Notes: a model not told the origin generated them from the letters alone. 64,000 nt of DNA from Eledone cirrhosa (GCA_964016885.1 OZ024755.1:39928001-39992000); one strand, 5' to 3'. Positions 39,262 to 53,770 are shown, numbered from the stretch's first letter. Program-made: numbers and translations.

Positions 39262-41184
39262 TTGACTGCCATTTCATCACTAGAGATTAAAAAACATAAC
39301 CTCCAAAACAACATGATGTCTATCATCAACAATCAGAGAAGAGCTGAAGAGGCCTGGGCCATTGAGAAGATCAAACTCAATCCCAAAGTGTTCTTTTCAT
39401 TTGCAAAAAAACACAAAATCACTGGCTCTACTGTTGGCCCTCTAATTGATGAAAATGGCACTCTTCAAGACAATGCTAAAACCATGGGTGAGATACTGCA
39501 GAAACAATACTGCTCTGTTTTCAGCAATCCTGATATGGCCGATCTGGGCTGTATCGGCGATGTTACTCCCCATTACACCTTATCGGACATAACGTTTGGC
39601 GCCCCTGATGTCTTGGCGGCAATAAAGGAAATCAAGCATAATTCAGCAGTAGGTCCCGATAGGTTCCCTGCTTGTGTCTTGAAGGCGTGTCAACACCAAC
39701 TTGCATCTCCTCTTGCCAATCTGTGGCGGAACTCACTGGATGCTGGATATGTGCCAGAAAACCTTCTATCCCAGTCTGTTGTCCCAGTTTTCAAAAAGGG
39801 AAACAAATCCCTTGCCGTGAATTACCGTCCAATCTCACTCACCTCCCATATCATTAAGTTATTTGAGCGAGTGGTGAGATCGCAAATGACCCACTTCCTT
39901 GAGAGTAACAATATGCTGAACTCCAACCAGCATGGATTCCGTAATGGAAGGGATTGCCTGACGCAGCTACTGCATCACTTTGATGACATTTTGAGAGCCT
40001 TGGGAGAGGGTTCCAACACTGATGTTATCTACCTTGATTTCAGCAAGGCCTTTGACAGGGTTGATCATAACATTCTACTGAGAAAGCTGTCCAATATTGG
40101 TGTCACTGGAAAGCTGCTGCAGTGGATCAAGAGCTTCCTGTCAAACAGAACCCAACATGTTGTAGTTGAGGGAGTCAAATCAAGCCCAGCCAAAGTCAGT
40201 AGTGGGGTCCCACAAGGCACTGTGTTGGGCCCACTTCTCTTCATCATCTATATTAATGACATCACTGACATCATCAAACACAGCAACATTAAAATTTTCG
40301 CTGATGATTCCAAGCTCCAAAAGGTCATCAATGGCGTGGATGACCGGATAAGCCTTCAGTCAGACCTACTGGCTGCTACCCAATGGGCAGAAAAGAACAA
40401 CATGTTACTGAACGAAGACAAATTCGAACTGATCCACTTTGGAAAAGAGGATGCTCTGAAACTCCCGTACTCCCTTCCCTCCGGGGAAACTCTCGTGGCA
40501 TCTAACAACATCAGAGACTTGGGAGTAACCGTGGATAGCAACATAAGCTGGACCACGCATATAAGCAGCAAAGTTGACATGGCCCGCAGAATGTGTTCCT
40601 GGATCCTCAGAACCTTCCAGTCGAGAGATTCCCGCACCATTATCCTTCTCTTCTCTACTTTCGCCCGACCACACCTTGAATACTGTTGTCCACTGTGGTC
40701 TCCCCACACGAAACAAAGTATCATGAAACTTGTAACTCCTCAAAGGGCAATCACGAAAAAGATAGATGGCATGTCAGACCTTGACTACTGGGGTCGATTA
40801 GAAAACCTGAAACTTTACTCACTCCAACATCGCCGTGAGCGTTATATTATCTGCATGATGTGGAAAATGTTCCATCATCACTGCCCAAATGATGTTGGCA
40901 TCGCCTTCAAGATACACCCAAGGCTTGGGCCCCGTGCTATCCGTCCCATTCAAAAATCTAAATCGCAACTCATAACAACAATACGGCACAATTATTTCAC
41001 CTCAATCGGCCCTGCTCTCTTCAACATCACACCAGGACACGTCAAAACAGAAACTGACCACACAAAATTCAAGAAGTCTTTGGACAAATTCCTCCAAGTA
41101 ATCCCGGACAAACCACCCACACCCGGATATGTCTCCGCAAACAGTAATTCTCTTCTCGAATGGGCCATGGTGCCCAAATCCTGA
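39262..41184 (+). pseudogene. Reverse transcriptase domain of LINE ORF2 (out of frame with APE)
   Basis: NYRPISLTS, QHGFR, YLDFSKAFDRV, SGVPQGTVLGP, FADD, RDLGV, RPHLEYC..WSP, LDKFL..IPDKP..NSL. Confidence 0.92.
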
Positions 41185-41369
41185 ATTGAAAGACTTCGCC
41201 AGGTGGTGCTATTAAGTTAGACATGGCCTGGGCCAATACTGGCCAAAACATTTCAAAGTTATATGTATATATATATATATATATGTATATGTATGTATAT
41301 GTATATATATATGTGTATATATCTATATATGTATATATCTATATGTATATATATATATATATATATATC

Positions 41370-41402
<33 letters not shown>

Positions 41403-41669
41403 GTATATATATGTATGTGTGTATGTATATGTAGATGTGTGTATGTATATCTATGTATGTATGTATATATATGTATATATGTATATATATGTATATGTAT
41501 ATATGTATATATATGTATATGTATGTATATATGTATATGTATGTGTATGTATATATATATGTATATGTGTGTATGTGTGTATATGTATATGTATATATAT
41601 GTATATATATGTGTATCTATATGTATATATATATATGTATGTATATGTATATGTATATATATATATATG

Positions 41670-41700
<31 letters not shown>

Positions 41701-41824
41701 GTATATGTATATATGTATGTATATGTATGTATATATGTATGTATATGTATATATATATGTATATATATGTGTATATATATGTTTATGTATATATATGTGT
41801 ATATATATGTATGTATATATATGT

Positions 41825-41858
<34 letters not shown>

Positions 41859-42191
41859 GTATGTATGTATATATGTATGTATGTATATATGTATGTATGT
41901 ATGTATATATGTATGTATGTATATATGTATGTATGTATATATGTATGTATATATGTATATATGTATGTATATATGTATGTATTTATGTATATATATGTAG
42001 GTATATATGTATATATATATATGTATGTATATATACATACATATATGTATATATGTATATATATATATATGTATGTATGTATATATACATACATATATGT
42101 ATATATGTATATATATATATATGTATGTATATGTGTATATATATGTATATATATATATATATGTATGTATATATATATATATGTATGTATG

Positions 42192-42222
<31 letters not shown>

Positions 42223-43625
42223 ATATATGTATGTATGTATATGTATGTATGTATATATATGTATGTATGTATATGTATATGTGTATATGTATATATATAT
42301 GTATGTATATATATATATGTATGTGTATATATATGTATGTATATATATATATATATATATGTATGTATATATATATGTATATATATATGTATGTATATAT
42401 ATATATGTATGTATATATATATGTATGTATATATATATGTATGTATATATATATATATATGTATATATATATGTATGTATATATATATATGTATGTATAT
42501 ATATATATATATATGTATGTATATATATATATGTATGTATATATGTATATATATATGTATGTATATATGTATGTATATGTGTATGTATGTATATATATAT
42601 ATATGTATGTATATATGTATGTATATGTGTATGTATGTATGTATGTATATATGTATGTATATATATATGTATATACGTATGTATATATGTATGTATATAT
42701 ATATATATATATGTATGTCTATATATATATATATATATATGTATGTATATATGTATATATATATGTATGTATATATGTATATATATATATGTATATATAT
42801 ATGTATGTATATATGTATATATATATATGTGTATATATATATGTATGTATATATATATATATATATATGTATGTATATATATATATACATATGTATATGG
42901 AGCTTAATTATTGTATGTATATATGTATATATATATATATGTATATAAATATGTATGTATATATATATATATATATGTATGTATATATAAATATATACAT
43001 ATGTATATGGAGCTTAATTATTGTCAACGACTGAGAGTTTATTCTCAAAATATAATATAATGTATAGCTCCTTTATTGTAAGAGCTGATCCTTAATCCTG
43101 CACAAGCGGCTGTTATTTCTAGCACCGTGAATGTGGGATAGCTAGTTTTGGCCTGCCTACCCACCTGTAGTCAGACCTGCAAAATTTTTGATGTGAGATA
43201 GACTAATCTTACTGGATTCCTGTTGATAAGCACAGAAGATTTGGGTATTTCACTCTTTTATTTCTATTCCATTTCGATTCTCTTTATTTTTCAATTCACA
43301 TACCACCGTTGCGAAACTTATTTGGATTTCGAGGTTGAAGTTCGTCTACAGAACAGGTTTGAATTTTGAATTTTAAATATGTCCAGGAATAATGCCCGTT
43401 GCCAATATAATCTTCTCTTTATTGACTTGTATCGAGACAGACAAATTGTATTCACTTTTATTAGTTTATTTCATTAATAGCTAACTTTGTCTGTTGCAAT
43501 GTAAACACATTTCGTGTTTATCATATACTTTAAATGTATATAAATATATATGTATGTATATATATATATATATGTATATATATATGTATGTATATATATA
43601 TGTATATATATATGTATGCATATAT

Positions 43626-43656
<31 letters not shown>

Positions 43657-43684
43657 TATATATATGTATGTATATGCATATATA

Positions 43685-44225
43685 CGGGTCGTTGGCGACT
43701 AAACTGGCAACCCCACCAAGGTTTCTTGGTGAGGAGGGTGACTTTGGACATCCTGCAGGACGAAAAACAAAACCTGTCAAAGGGCAAAGGAGCTCTTAAG
43801 AGTCAATGGCCATCCAAAATCACCGGGAGAGAAGACCCCTTAGCCTTTGTCAAGGCAGAATTCTAGGAGAAGGAAAACTCTGATATAACACCTGCAACTC
43901 TGATGGTATCCAATGATGTTGACTTGTTCTTCTTTTTGGTAAATATCATCTTGGTTAAGAGAGTGGGATTGGCTGTGTGCAGTGCCTTTGCTCACTATAA
44001 AAGCTTCACGGCACAAGCATTGCTTTATATCTGGAGATCTCTCTGCACTTGTCGGCACATGGTACCATGGGCCCTACACTATGTGTCAGTAATTGTCACA
44101 GATGTAGTGTTTGTACTAGAGTTTTCAAGTCGCTGGCTAGACTAAAGAGTCAAACTCGTTCAGCGCATTCTCCTACATGGATATAAAGTAGTGGCCGTAC
44201 TCGAAAACGAGTTCGCAGCCACCAT
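43685..44225 (+). mobile_element. Non-autonomous RTE derivative, subfamily A, 5'-truncated
   Basis: Colinear with 30786-31336. Confidence 0.8.
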
Positions 44226-44348
44226 GTATCTATGTATATATGTACATATAAATATATGTATGTATGTATATGTATGTATATATGTACATATAAATATATG
44301 TATGTATGTATATGTATGTATATATGTACATATAAATATATGTATGTA

Positions 44349-44379
<31 letters not shown>

Positions 44380-44496
44380 GTATGTATATATGTATATATA
44401 TATATGTATGTATGTATATATGTATATATATATATGTATGTATGTATATATGTATATATATATATGTATGTATGTATATATATATATGTATGTATG

Positions 44497-44527
<31 letters not shown>

Positions 44528-44760
44528 TTATGTATATATATATATATGTATATATGTATGTATGTATATATATATATATGTATGTATGTATATATATACA
44601 TGTATATATGTATATATATATGTATGTATATATATATATATGTATGTATATATATATATGTATGTATGTATATATGTATATATGTATATATGTATATATA
44701 TATATATATGTATATATGTATATATGTATATATACATATATATGTATATATGTATATATG

Positions 44761-44791
<31 letters not shown>

Positions 44792-45214
44792 ATATATATG
44801 TATGTATATATATGTATATATGTATGTATGTATATATATATATCTGTATATATGTGTATATATATATATATATCTATATATGTATATATATATATATGTA
44901 TATGTGTATATATATATATATGTATATGTGTATATATATATATGTATATGTGTATATATTTATGTGTATATATATATATATATGTATGTATATATATATA
45001 TATATGTATGTATGTATGTATGCATGTATATATGTATGTATGTATATATGTATATATGTATGTATATATATGTATATATGTATGTATATATATATATATG
45101 TATGTATATATATATATATGTATGTATATATATATATATATGTATGTATATATATATATATGTATGTATGTATATATATATATGTATGTATATATATATA
45201 TATATATATGTATG

Positions 45215-45245
<31 letters not shown>

Positions 45246-45266
45246 ATATATATATATATGTATGTA

Positions 45267-45302
<36 letters not shown>

Positions 45303-45454
45303 TGTCAATAATTGTCACAAGTGTAGTGTTTGTACCAGAGTTATCAAGTCGCTGGCTGGACTCAAAAGTCACACTCGTTCAGCGCATCGGTAGGGGTTCT
45401 CCTACATGGATATAAAGTAGTGGCCGTACTCGAAAACGAGTTGGCAGCCACCAT
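45303..45454 (+). mobile_element. Non-autonomous RTE derivative, 3'-end-only copy
   Basis: C2H2 remnant plus tail. Confidence 0.78.
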
Positions 45455-46015
45455 GTATGTATATATGTACATATATATATATGTATGTATATATGTACAT
45501 ATAAATATATGTATGTATGTATAAGTGTATATATATGTATTTATATATGTATGTATGTATATATGTATATATATATGTATGTATGTATAAATGTATATGT
45601 ATGTATATATGTATGTATATATGTATATATATGTATGTATATATGTATATATATGTATGTATATATGTATATATATGTATGTATATATGTATATATATGT
45701 ATGTATGTATGTATATATATATGTATATATATATGTATGTATGTATATATATATATATGTATGTATGTATATTTATATATATGTATGTATGTATATATAT
45801 ATGTATGTATGTATATATATATGTATGTATGTATATTTATATATATATATGTATGTAAGTATATTTATATATATATATGTATGTATGTATATTTATATAT
45901 ATATATGTATGTATATATATATATATATGTATGCATGTATATATATATATATATATGTATGTACGTATATATATATATATGTATGTATGTATATATATAT
46001 ATATATGTATGTATG

Positions 46016-46046
<31 letters not shown>

Positions 46047-46051
46047 GTATG

Positions 46052-46101
<50 letters not shown>

Positions 46102-46297
46102 CATATATATATGTATATATGTACATATAAATATATTTATGTATGTATATGTGTATATATATGTATTTATATATGTATGTATATATGTATATATGTATAT
46201 GTATGTATGTATATATGTATATATATGTATATATATGTATGTATATATGTATATATATGTATGTATATATGTATATATATGTATGTATGTATGTATG

Positions 46298-46331
<34 letters not shown>

Positions 46332-46421
46332 TGTATGTATATTTTCTCTTTCTCTTAATTTTGAGTATATTTTTTGACCGGTCACCTTCCTGGTGGCAAG
46401 GTTGTAAAAGAAAAGAAATTG

Positions 46422-49004
46422 TCATCCCTTGAATCGCAAGAATGTTTTGCAAATTTTGAAGGTGCCAGCTATCGCAGCCATTTGTAGACTATGAATTAGG
46501 GAGCTGCGCTTTTTGTCCGCAAATCCAAGTTCAGTCATACTTTGGTCCAAGCGGGTTGGTATATAACCCGTAGCACCAATAATGATGGGTATGAAGCTAA
46601 AGGTGTATCTTGGATACTGGATTTGTAAACTCCTCATCAATGGTCCGTAGATGTCCTCCTTCTCCTGTATTTTTCTGACAACGTTTACATCAAGTGGGCA
46701 GCTGATCTCCACCACAGAACACCTTTTCAATGTGTGGTCCCAAACTACAATATCAGGCCGGTTGTGCTTTAATTTGGTGGCAGTTTTTATTTTCAGGTTC
46801 CACCAGTATTCCTTAGTGCCATCTGTCTCAATATATTCTTCCTCGTTTGTTGTTGATTTTGTTTTCCGAAGTGCGTTCCAGATGGTTCTAGCTATCCCAT
46901 CGTGTCTCATGGGGAGGTAGTAGCGAGATGACATTCTTTCGCAGCTGGCAACAATGTGGCTTACATCCTCGATCTTTGTTTTACATAGCCTACATTTATT
47001 GTCAGCTGCTGGCCCTCCTCTTTTGTGCAGCAGATATTTGGTAGGGAGTTCTTGTTCCTGTATTGCATAGAGATATCCCTCAAGGTGTGATGTCATAAAC
47101 TTGTCGGAACTCCATGCCAGGCTTTTTGAGTGGTTTATCCCCTCTATGGTCTGTGTTTTACGCCTCAAGTATCCATGCACAACTTTTTCTGTAAATTGGT
47201 CAATTTTTTTTTCTTGTTTGAACATTGAATAGGATCTTCCGATTTCTCTGGGTGAGAGATTTATATCGGGCTTTATTCCATATCTCTCCTCCAGATCAGT
47301 CGCTATTCTAATGATATTTCTTTTTTCATGGTCATAAACCTGGGCAAGATGGTTGCCAACCTTTTTCCTCTGTTGAAGGTGTTGCTTCAGTGTCACTATC
47401 CGGGTCTCATATGTTGTTAATATTGATTTTAGACCCCGGACACCTTCCTTGCGTGAGAAGTATAGCCTATCCACATCACCATTGATGTTAAAGTTCCCAG
47501 TAACACTGAGAAGTTTTCGAGTTCTAACATCCATCTCACTTAGTTCTTGCAATGACCAGTTCAGTAGGCCAAATGTTGGCGTTAGAATTGGCACAGCATA
47601 AGTATTGTGGGCAATGTATTTGTTGTATGCTGACAGTTCTGATGACCATATTTTCTTTACTCTTCTGAGGTATTCAGTTCTGGTTCTCTCCTTATTTATG
47701 GGTCCATCATATCTGACATTCTCATCCTGTCCAAGATATCTGTAGTTGTCACCTGACTGCAGAGGTTGTATTGTCAGGCCGTTCATCTCTAGATTTCTAG
47801 AGGAGGGCACAGCTCTTCCACGTTTTACTGCCAAATATGCACACTTGGACTCACCAAATTTCATTTTGATGTCGGTTGAAAATTGTGTAATGAGGTCCAA
47901 TTGTTTCTTGATGTCATTGATATTTGGCCCATACAACTTCAGGTCATCAACAAAGAAAAGATGGGAGATACTTTTGGTCCCACTTCTTTGTCGACCTTGT
48001 TTCCTGAGTAGGTAAGATAGTGGATTCAGTGAGAGAACGAAGAGTAGCACTGACAAGCTATCACCCTGAAAGATGCCCTTCTGGTAATGTATCTTATCAG
48101 TCTTAACCTGCTCCTTCTCACCTCTAAGGATCAAACTGGTGTACCAGTTCTTGGTCAGGCGTTCAACAGCAGCTACCAATGGTTGTGGGACTTTAGCTAA
48201 CTGTAAAGCCTTAACAATCCACCCATGAGGTACACTATCAAAGGCTTTTTGATAGTCCAGCCACACGACAGTCATGTTTCTGCGATTCTTTGTTGTTTTT
48301 TCCTGAATCATTTTGTTAGTTAGTAGGTGATCTATGCAACCCCACACCTCCCTCTTTCCACCAGCTTGCTCAGGTGTTATAATGTTGTTGGTAGCACAGT
48401 GATCCTGTAAGAACAGGTTAAGGCACCCAGTATATAATTTATACATGATGTTTTGGCAGGCAATTGGGCGGTAATTTTTAGCAAGGGTGGTTTGGCTATT
48501 TTTGGGAATGAGGAGAGTAGAGGCAGTTGATAACCATCTGGGCAGTTCTTGTGTGCCCTTAATGGTTTCTGTAAACAGCCGTATGAGATCTTGCCGATAG
48601 AAAGTGAAATTCTTCAACCAGTATCCTGTAATGAGGTCTGGGCCTGGCGATTTCCTATTCGACATTTTCTGTAGAGCTGTTTCCAGTATTGACCCATCTA
48701 TGTCATATTGTTTTGTCTGGACATGTTGGCAGTAGTCCTGTTCCAGTTCTTTTAGCCAATTAGCTTGTCTGTTGAATCCGTCATCCGTTTCCCATACAGA
48801 TCTCCAGTAGCTCTCAACCTGTTCTTTTGAAGGGGTGTCATTTACAGAGATTGAGCTTTTGCCACCGAAGCTGCGATAAACTGATTTAGGATCTCTGGCA
48901 AACAATCTATTTAGCACTTGTCGTTTATGTGCTGTTGACTTATATTTTAGTCTTTCTGTTGTAGCTGTGAGTTGTTGTTTCAACTGGTGTAATTTGGAGT
49001 TCAA
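46422..49004 (-). CDS. R4/Dong-type non-LTR retrotransposon protein: RT - CCHC knuckle - restriction-like endonuclease (5'-truncated; element about 46340-49050)
   Basis: [73 protein letters not shown]. Uninterrupted 860 aa. Confidence 0.92.
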   Translation of the reverse strand: MNSKLHQLKQQLTATTERLKYKSTAHKRQVLNRLFARDPKSVYRSFGGKSSISVNDTPSKEQVESYWRSVWETDDGFNRQANWLKELEQDYCQHVQTKQYDIDGSILETALQKMSNRKSPGPDLITGYWLKNFTFYRQDLIRLFTETIKGTQELPRWLSTASTLLIPKNSQTTLAKNYRPIACQNIMYKLYTGCLNLFLQDHCATNNIITPEQAGGKREVWGCIDHLLTNKMIQEKTTKNRRNMTVVWLDYQKAFDSVPHGWIVKALQLAKVPQPLVAAVERLTKNWYTSLILRGEKEQVKTDKIHYQKGIFQGDSLSVLLFVLSLNPLSYLLRKQGRQRSGTKSISHLFFVDDLKLYGPNINDIKKQLDLITQFSTDIKMKFGESKCAYLAVKRGRAVPSSRNLEMNGLTIQPLQSGDNYRYLGQDENVRYDGPINKERTRTEYLRRVKKIWSSELSAYNKYIAHNTYAVPILTPTFGLLNWSLQELSEMDVRTRKLLSVTGNFNINGDVDRLYFSRKEGVRGLKSILTTYETRIVTLKQHLQQRKKVGNHLAQVYDHEKRNIIRIATDLEERYGIKPDINLSPREIGRSYSMFKQEKKIDQFTEKVVHGYLRRKTQTIEGINHSKSLAWSSDKFMTSHLEGYLYAIQEQELPTKYLLHKRGGPAADNKCRLCKTKIEDVSHIVASCERMSSRYYLPMRHDGIARTIWNALRKTKSTTNEEEYIETDGTKEYWWNLKIKTATKLKHNRPDIVVWDHTLKRCSVVEISCPLDVNVVRKIQEKEDIYGPLMRSLQIQYPRYTFSFIPIIIGATGYIPTRLDQSMTELGFADKKRSSLIHSLQMAAIAGTFKICKTFLRFKG

Positions 49005-49294
49005 AGTTCTAAATTTTGTATCTCCAAATCTTCTCTCTAACTTTTTCTTTATATATATATGTATGTATTTATATATGTATGTATATATGTATGTATGTAT
49101 ATATGTATGTATATATGTATGTATGTATATATGTATATATATGTATGTATGTATATATGTATATATATGTATGTATGTATATATGTATATATATGTATGT
49201 ATGTATATATGTATATATATGTATGTATGTATATATGTATGTATATATATATAAGTATGTATATATATGTATGTATATATATATATGTATGTAT

Positions 49295-49325
<31 letters not shown>

Positions 49326-49607
49326 TATATGTATGTATATATATATATATATATGTATGTATATATGTATATATATGTATGTATATATATATGTATGTAT
49401 ATATGTATATATATGTATGTATATATATATGTATATATGTATATGTATATATATATGTATGTATATATGTATATATGTATATGTATATATATATGTATGT
49501 ATATATGTATATATGTATATGTATATATATATGTATGTATATATGTATATATGTATGTGTATGTATATATATATGTATGTATGTATATATATATATATGT
49601 ATATATG

Positions 49608-49642
<35 letters not shown>

Positions 49643-49737
49643 GTATATATATGTATGTATATATGTATATATATGTATGTATATATGTATATGTATGTAT
49701 GTATATGTATGTATGTATGTATGTATATATATGTATT

Positions 49738-49768
<31 letters not shown>

Positions 49769-49855
49769 ATATGTATGTATGTATATATATGTATGTATAT
49801 ATGTATATGTATGTATGTATATGTATGTATGTATATATATGTATGTATATATGTA

Positions 49856-50054
49856 TGTCAGGTCACCACTTGGTGCTACTGATAACATGTATTCCAGTAC
49901 AACCTGTCCCATGGTCGGGTCGTTGGCGACTAAACCGGCAACCCACCAAGGTTTCTTGTTGAGGAGGGTGACTTTGGACATCCTGCAGGACTAAAAACAA
50001 AACCTGTCAAAGGGCAAAGGAGCTCTTAAGAGTCAATGGCCCTCCAAAATCACT
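49856..50054 (+). mobile_element. 5' 200 bp of the RTE derivative, fused directly to the PLE pLTR
   Basis: Matches 30726-30925, then switches to PLE sequence at 50053. Confidence 0.8.
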
Positions 50055-50290
50055 CTATGTAAAACAATATATATTTTCTCAGTTATAAAAACTATCTCTT
50101 TCTCTCTATCACCCATCTCTCCCTCTCCACCTTCACTCTCATCTCCTCCCCTTTTTTCATCCTTTCCACCCCCCCTCTCTAAATAAAATATTTTTCCCAA
50201 TATCACACATCAATCTAAAATTACTTCCCATATGTTGATTCAAAACTGCACTATCCACAAGTGTTTTTTAGCCTTCATATCATGTCCTCC

Positions 50291-50361
50291 TGTTTGATCT
50301 GATGAAAACACAAATATTATTGCATGATGATGTTTGTTTTTGAAATGCGCATAATAAAATA
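50291..50361 (+). ncRNA. Type I hammerhead ribozyme (family A), 5' pLTR
   Basis: As 1533-1603, with one stem I mismatch. Confidence 0.8.
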
Positions 50362-50540
50362 CATGGAACTCCTTTAACCATCTTTTGATCTTATATATTA
50401 TGTATACTCCCGTCCTACAAACTGTAGAGTGCTTCTTATCCAATATCTGCATTGCTTTATTGTACTACAATAAAACTCACCTCCTACATTAACTTGCTCC
50501 TTAACGGTTGAGCGCTTACTCTCATATTGGATAGCTTCTG

Positions 50541-52961
50541 ATGGTCTTTTACTTCTTCTTCTACAACATGGATTATTACAACATAACCAATTCAACTAAA
50601 GACATTCCTATACCTGGTAAATCTGAATTCACCAAACTTCTAATTGAAAAAACTGACTCCTTCGTAAGAAGACTTAGATGGATAGCCTATTTCTATGACC
50701 AGCGCCTAAAAGGGAACTTCTATACCAAAGAACATAACTTCCTCGATCATCTATTTAATTCTAGAAGAAATCCTCCTTCCAACAAAAATCTAGTGCAATT
50801 CGAGGAAGAGTTAACTAAAATAATAAAAAAACTTAAATTCAAGAGATACTCTTACAAAGGACAAGAGCACCTTGTAAATCTCAAGAACACAATTTCTAAC
50901 CTAAATTCCTCAAAAAATGTTTTAGTCCACTCTGACAAAACCAATAACTTATATGGTATTTCCAAGGATAATTATAACAACCTTATCCTAAAGGAACTTA
51001 GGAAAAAGTATCGTAAAACCAACCATGAAAATTTAGAATACATAAACCTTGAAGCCTATGAGATTATGTCAAAACTTGGCATTGAAAAAAAAACCGAACC
51101 ATTCCTCCCAAGAACTCCGAGGATAAATCTCAAGGATCACAAAAACAATTTTCGCACTGAACTACCTGTTAGATTAATCGCCCCCTCTAAATCTGATCTG
51201 GGGGTTGTTAGTAAAGCCATCTTGGATAGAATTATCCCACAGGTTCGTTCTAATTGCTCTTCTTTGAACCTAAATTTATGGTTTGGTACTTCTGAAGTGA
51301 TTGGCTGGTTCAACAAATTGGATAATAAAAACAAACTAAAATTTATTCAATTTGATATTGCCAGCTACTATTCCTCCATTTCGCCTTCACTTCTCGATAA
51401 TGCTCTATCTTTCGCACTTAAATATTCTGACATCACCACAGATGAACTTCACATCATCCTCACCGCACGTAAAACCATCCTAGAGTTCAACAACGAATAT
51501 TGGACCAGAGCCGATACCTCCAACAACTTCGACATCACAATGGGAGCATCCGATTCATCCCAATTGACTGATTTAATTGGTATCTTTATTTTGAACTCTT
51601 TGAGTCGGAAAATTCCTCAACTTCGCGGTGGAATTTATCGTGACGATGGACTCTTTACTATCTTAAATTGCAATATAGTTAAACTTAATATTATTAAGAA
51701 CAATATACGTAATCTCTTTAACCAACATAACCTAAAAATTGAATTTGATAACAATATCAAACTAGCTAATTTCTTGGATGTATCTCTTAATCTTGACACT
51801 GGCCTATATTACCCTTACCATAAAAACAATGAGAACCTAAATTATGTTAACTTTAAATCTAACCATCCTACTAATATCAAGAATGCTATAGTTAGTAATA
51901 TTGGAAAAAGAATATCTAACATATCTTCTAATAAAAACATCTTTGATGCTAACGCCAATTACTATAATAACGCACTTTCTAATGCCGGCTATCCTGATAA
52001 AATCAAATATAGTAAAGAAACAAATTCTAGAAGAACTTACAGTAGAATAATTAATCATGATCATTCCAATAACTTTAATAAAAGACCTAGATACAAAAAC
52101 ATAATCTGGTATAATGCTCCTTTCTCCATCTCTATTAATAACAATATTCCTAAATTATTCTTTAGTGCCTTAAATAAATGCTTCCCTCCCTCACATATCT
52201 ATAGTAAAATATTTAACAAACACACCATAAAATTTTCTTATTCTACATCCTCCAATATTTCCAACATTATCTCTAAACACAACAATAAAATACTAAATAC
52301 TAAATCTCTTCCTTCCAACTCTGAATTTCATAATAACAGTAATAGTACTCCCGACGTCATTGTAAACCATAGGCTAATTTCTGTAAACCCAAATACAACG
52401 TCAAACACAACTTCGCTAAATGTTCATAATCCAACTCTAAATCAAGAAACTATTATTCCTATCGCAAACAACTTCTCCAATCCAATTCCTTCTATAGATA
52501 ACACTAGGTCACTCATTAATAATCTCTCTAATTGCAACTTCCCTATTAAAAATAAATGTCCTCTCAACAACCATCGTCTTGATAAAAACTTAATTTATGA
52601 ATGTAAAGTTATAACTGACACCAATTCCTTCACCTATTTTGGATCCACTTCCACCTCTTTTAAAGCTTGTCTCTATAATCATCATTCATCTTTTAAATAC
52701 AAACTTAAAAGAACCAACACGGCTCTCTCAGAACTCATATGGTCCTTGAAAGACAAAAACATTAAATATACCATCTTTTGGAAGAAGGTTTCTTCTGCGT
52801 CTACATACTTGAACAGTTCTCTATCTAAAATCTGCAATATCTGCCTAAATGAAAAATTTACCATTATCTCTAATCTAGATTCTATAATAAATAGACGCAC
52901 TGACTTGTTTTCTATCTGCTTGCATAAATTCCATAAAACATTTCACAAAGTATACAGCTAA
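50541..52961 (+). CDS. PLE reverse transcriptase + C-terminal GIY-YIG endonuclease (likely start Met at 50568)
   Basis: SDKTNNLY, PVRLI, FDIASYYSSI, FDITMG, IYRDDGL, FLDV, SNHP, LIYEC..YFGST, LSELIWSLK, CNICLNEK, CLH. Confidence 0.9.
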   Translation: MVFYFFFYNMDYYNITNSTKDIPIPGKSEFTKLLIEKTDSFVRRLRWIAYFYDQRLKGNFYTKEHNFLDHLFNSRRNPPSNKNLVQFEEELTKIIKKLKFKRYSYKGQEHLVNLKNTISNLNSSKNVLVHSDKTNNLYGISKDNYNNLILKELRKKYRKTNHENLEYINLEAYEIMSKLGIEKKTEPFLPRTPRINLKDHKNNFRTELPVRLIAPSKSDLGVVSKAILDRIIPQVRSNCSSLNLNLWFGTSEVIGWFNKLDNKNKLKFIQFDIASYYSSISPSLLDNALSFALKYSDITTDELHIILTARKTILEFNNEYWTRADTSNNFDITMGASDSSQLTDLIGIFILNSLSRKIPQLRGGIYRDDGLFTILNCNIVKLNIIKNNIRNLFNQHNLKIEFDNNIKLANFLDVSLNLDTGLYYPYHKNNENLNYVNFKSNHPTNIKNAIVSNIGKRISNISSNKNIFDANANYYNNALSNAGYPDKIKYSKETNSRRTYSRIINHDHSNNFNKRPRYKNIIWYNAPFSISINNNIPKLFFSALNKCFPPSHIYSKIFNKHTIKFSYSTSSNISNIISKHNNKILNTKSLPSNSEFHNNSNSTPDVIVNHRLISVNPNTTSNTTSLNVHNPTLNQETIIPIANNFSNPIPSIDNTRSLINNLSNCNFPIKNKCPLNNHRLDKNLIYECKVITDTNSFTYFGSTSTSFKACLYNHHSSFKYKLKRTNTALSELIWSLKDKNIKYTIFWKKVSSASTYLNSSLSKICNICLNEKFTIISNLDSIINRRTDLFSICLHKFHKTFHKVYS

Positions 52962-53770
52962 TATTCAATTCTTTATCAATTTAGAATCTTTTCTCAAAGG
53001 CACATATACATACACCTCTTTTAAAATATACCCATCTTCCTACCTTACTTCAAAGGGTATTATACACTCTATAATACTTGTTTACTCATTACCCTCACTC
53101 TATCTTCACCTTGTAAAATCCTTCGTAACATATACATTTGTTTTGACGCCAGATTATTCATCCTTAATTTTTTTTTTTTCTCCCCATCATCTAAGTCATT
53201 CTTAATACATATTAACTCTTTCTTCGCACATATTATCAATTCCTTCAATATACAAACCTTAACTTCACATTATTTTCCTCAAATCCTTCAATACACAAAC
53301 CTTAATAATTTTTTCTCTTCGTTAATTTTCAAATCTCCATAATACTTGTAAACATACACACATTTTTTTGACGCTAGAATATTCATCCGCAATCCATTAT
53401 TCTATTCTCTCTATCATCAAACTTTTTAATCTCAATACATACTAACTCCCTCTCATTCTTCGTACATATTTTTCCCTTCGTTAATTTTCAAATTCTTTTA
53501 ATTTATACATTATCTTCCAACGGTTTTCAACCTCTCTATGTAAAACAATATATCTTTTCTCAGTTATAAAAACTATCTCTTTCTCTCTATCACCCATCTC
53601 TCCCTCTCCACCTTCACTCTCATCTCCTCCCCTTTTTTCATGCTTTCCACCCCCCTCTCTAAATAAAATATTTTTCCCAATATCACACATCAATCTAAAA
53701 TTACTTCCCATATGTTGATTCAAAACTGCACTATCCACAAGTGTTTTTTAGCCTTCATATCATGTCCTCC

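Larger units (their letters stand above)
37353..41260 (+). mobile_element. CR1-group LINE, near full length, frameshifted
   Basis: ORF1-like remnant with CRFSLRDRLCLDRDCPFTHLPGT, followed by APE and RT ORFs and a short 3' UTR joined to AT/ATGT repeats. Confidence 0.85.
41261..49855. repeat. Strand-biased (ATGT)/(AT)n microsatellite background (interrupted by TEs)
   Basis: Spacers consist almost only of at and atgt units, with very few C on the + strand. Confidence 0.9.

Noticed and set aside
41223-46432. Long Y/I/M/C/V-rich ORFs here and throughout the window (up to 603 aa)
   Set aside because: They are translations of stop-poor (AT)n/(ATGT)n repeats that are open in several frames on both strands, not proteins.
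50541-52961. Bacterial retron, group II intron or telomerase RT
   Set aside because: A C-terminal GIY-YIG, direct pLTRs and HHRs identify it as a Penelope-like element.
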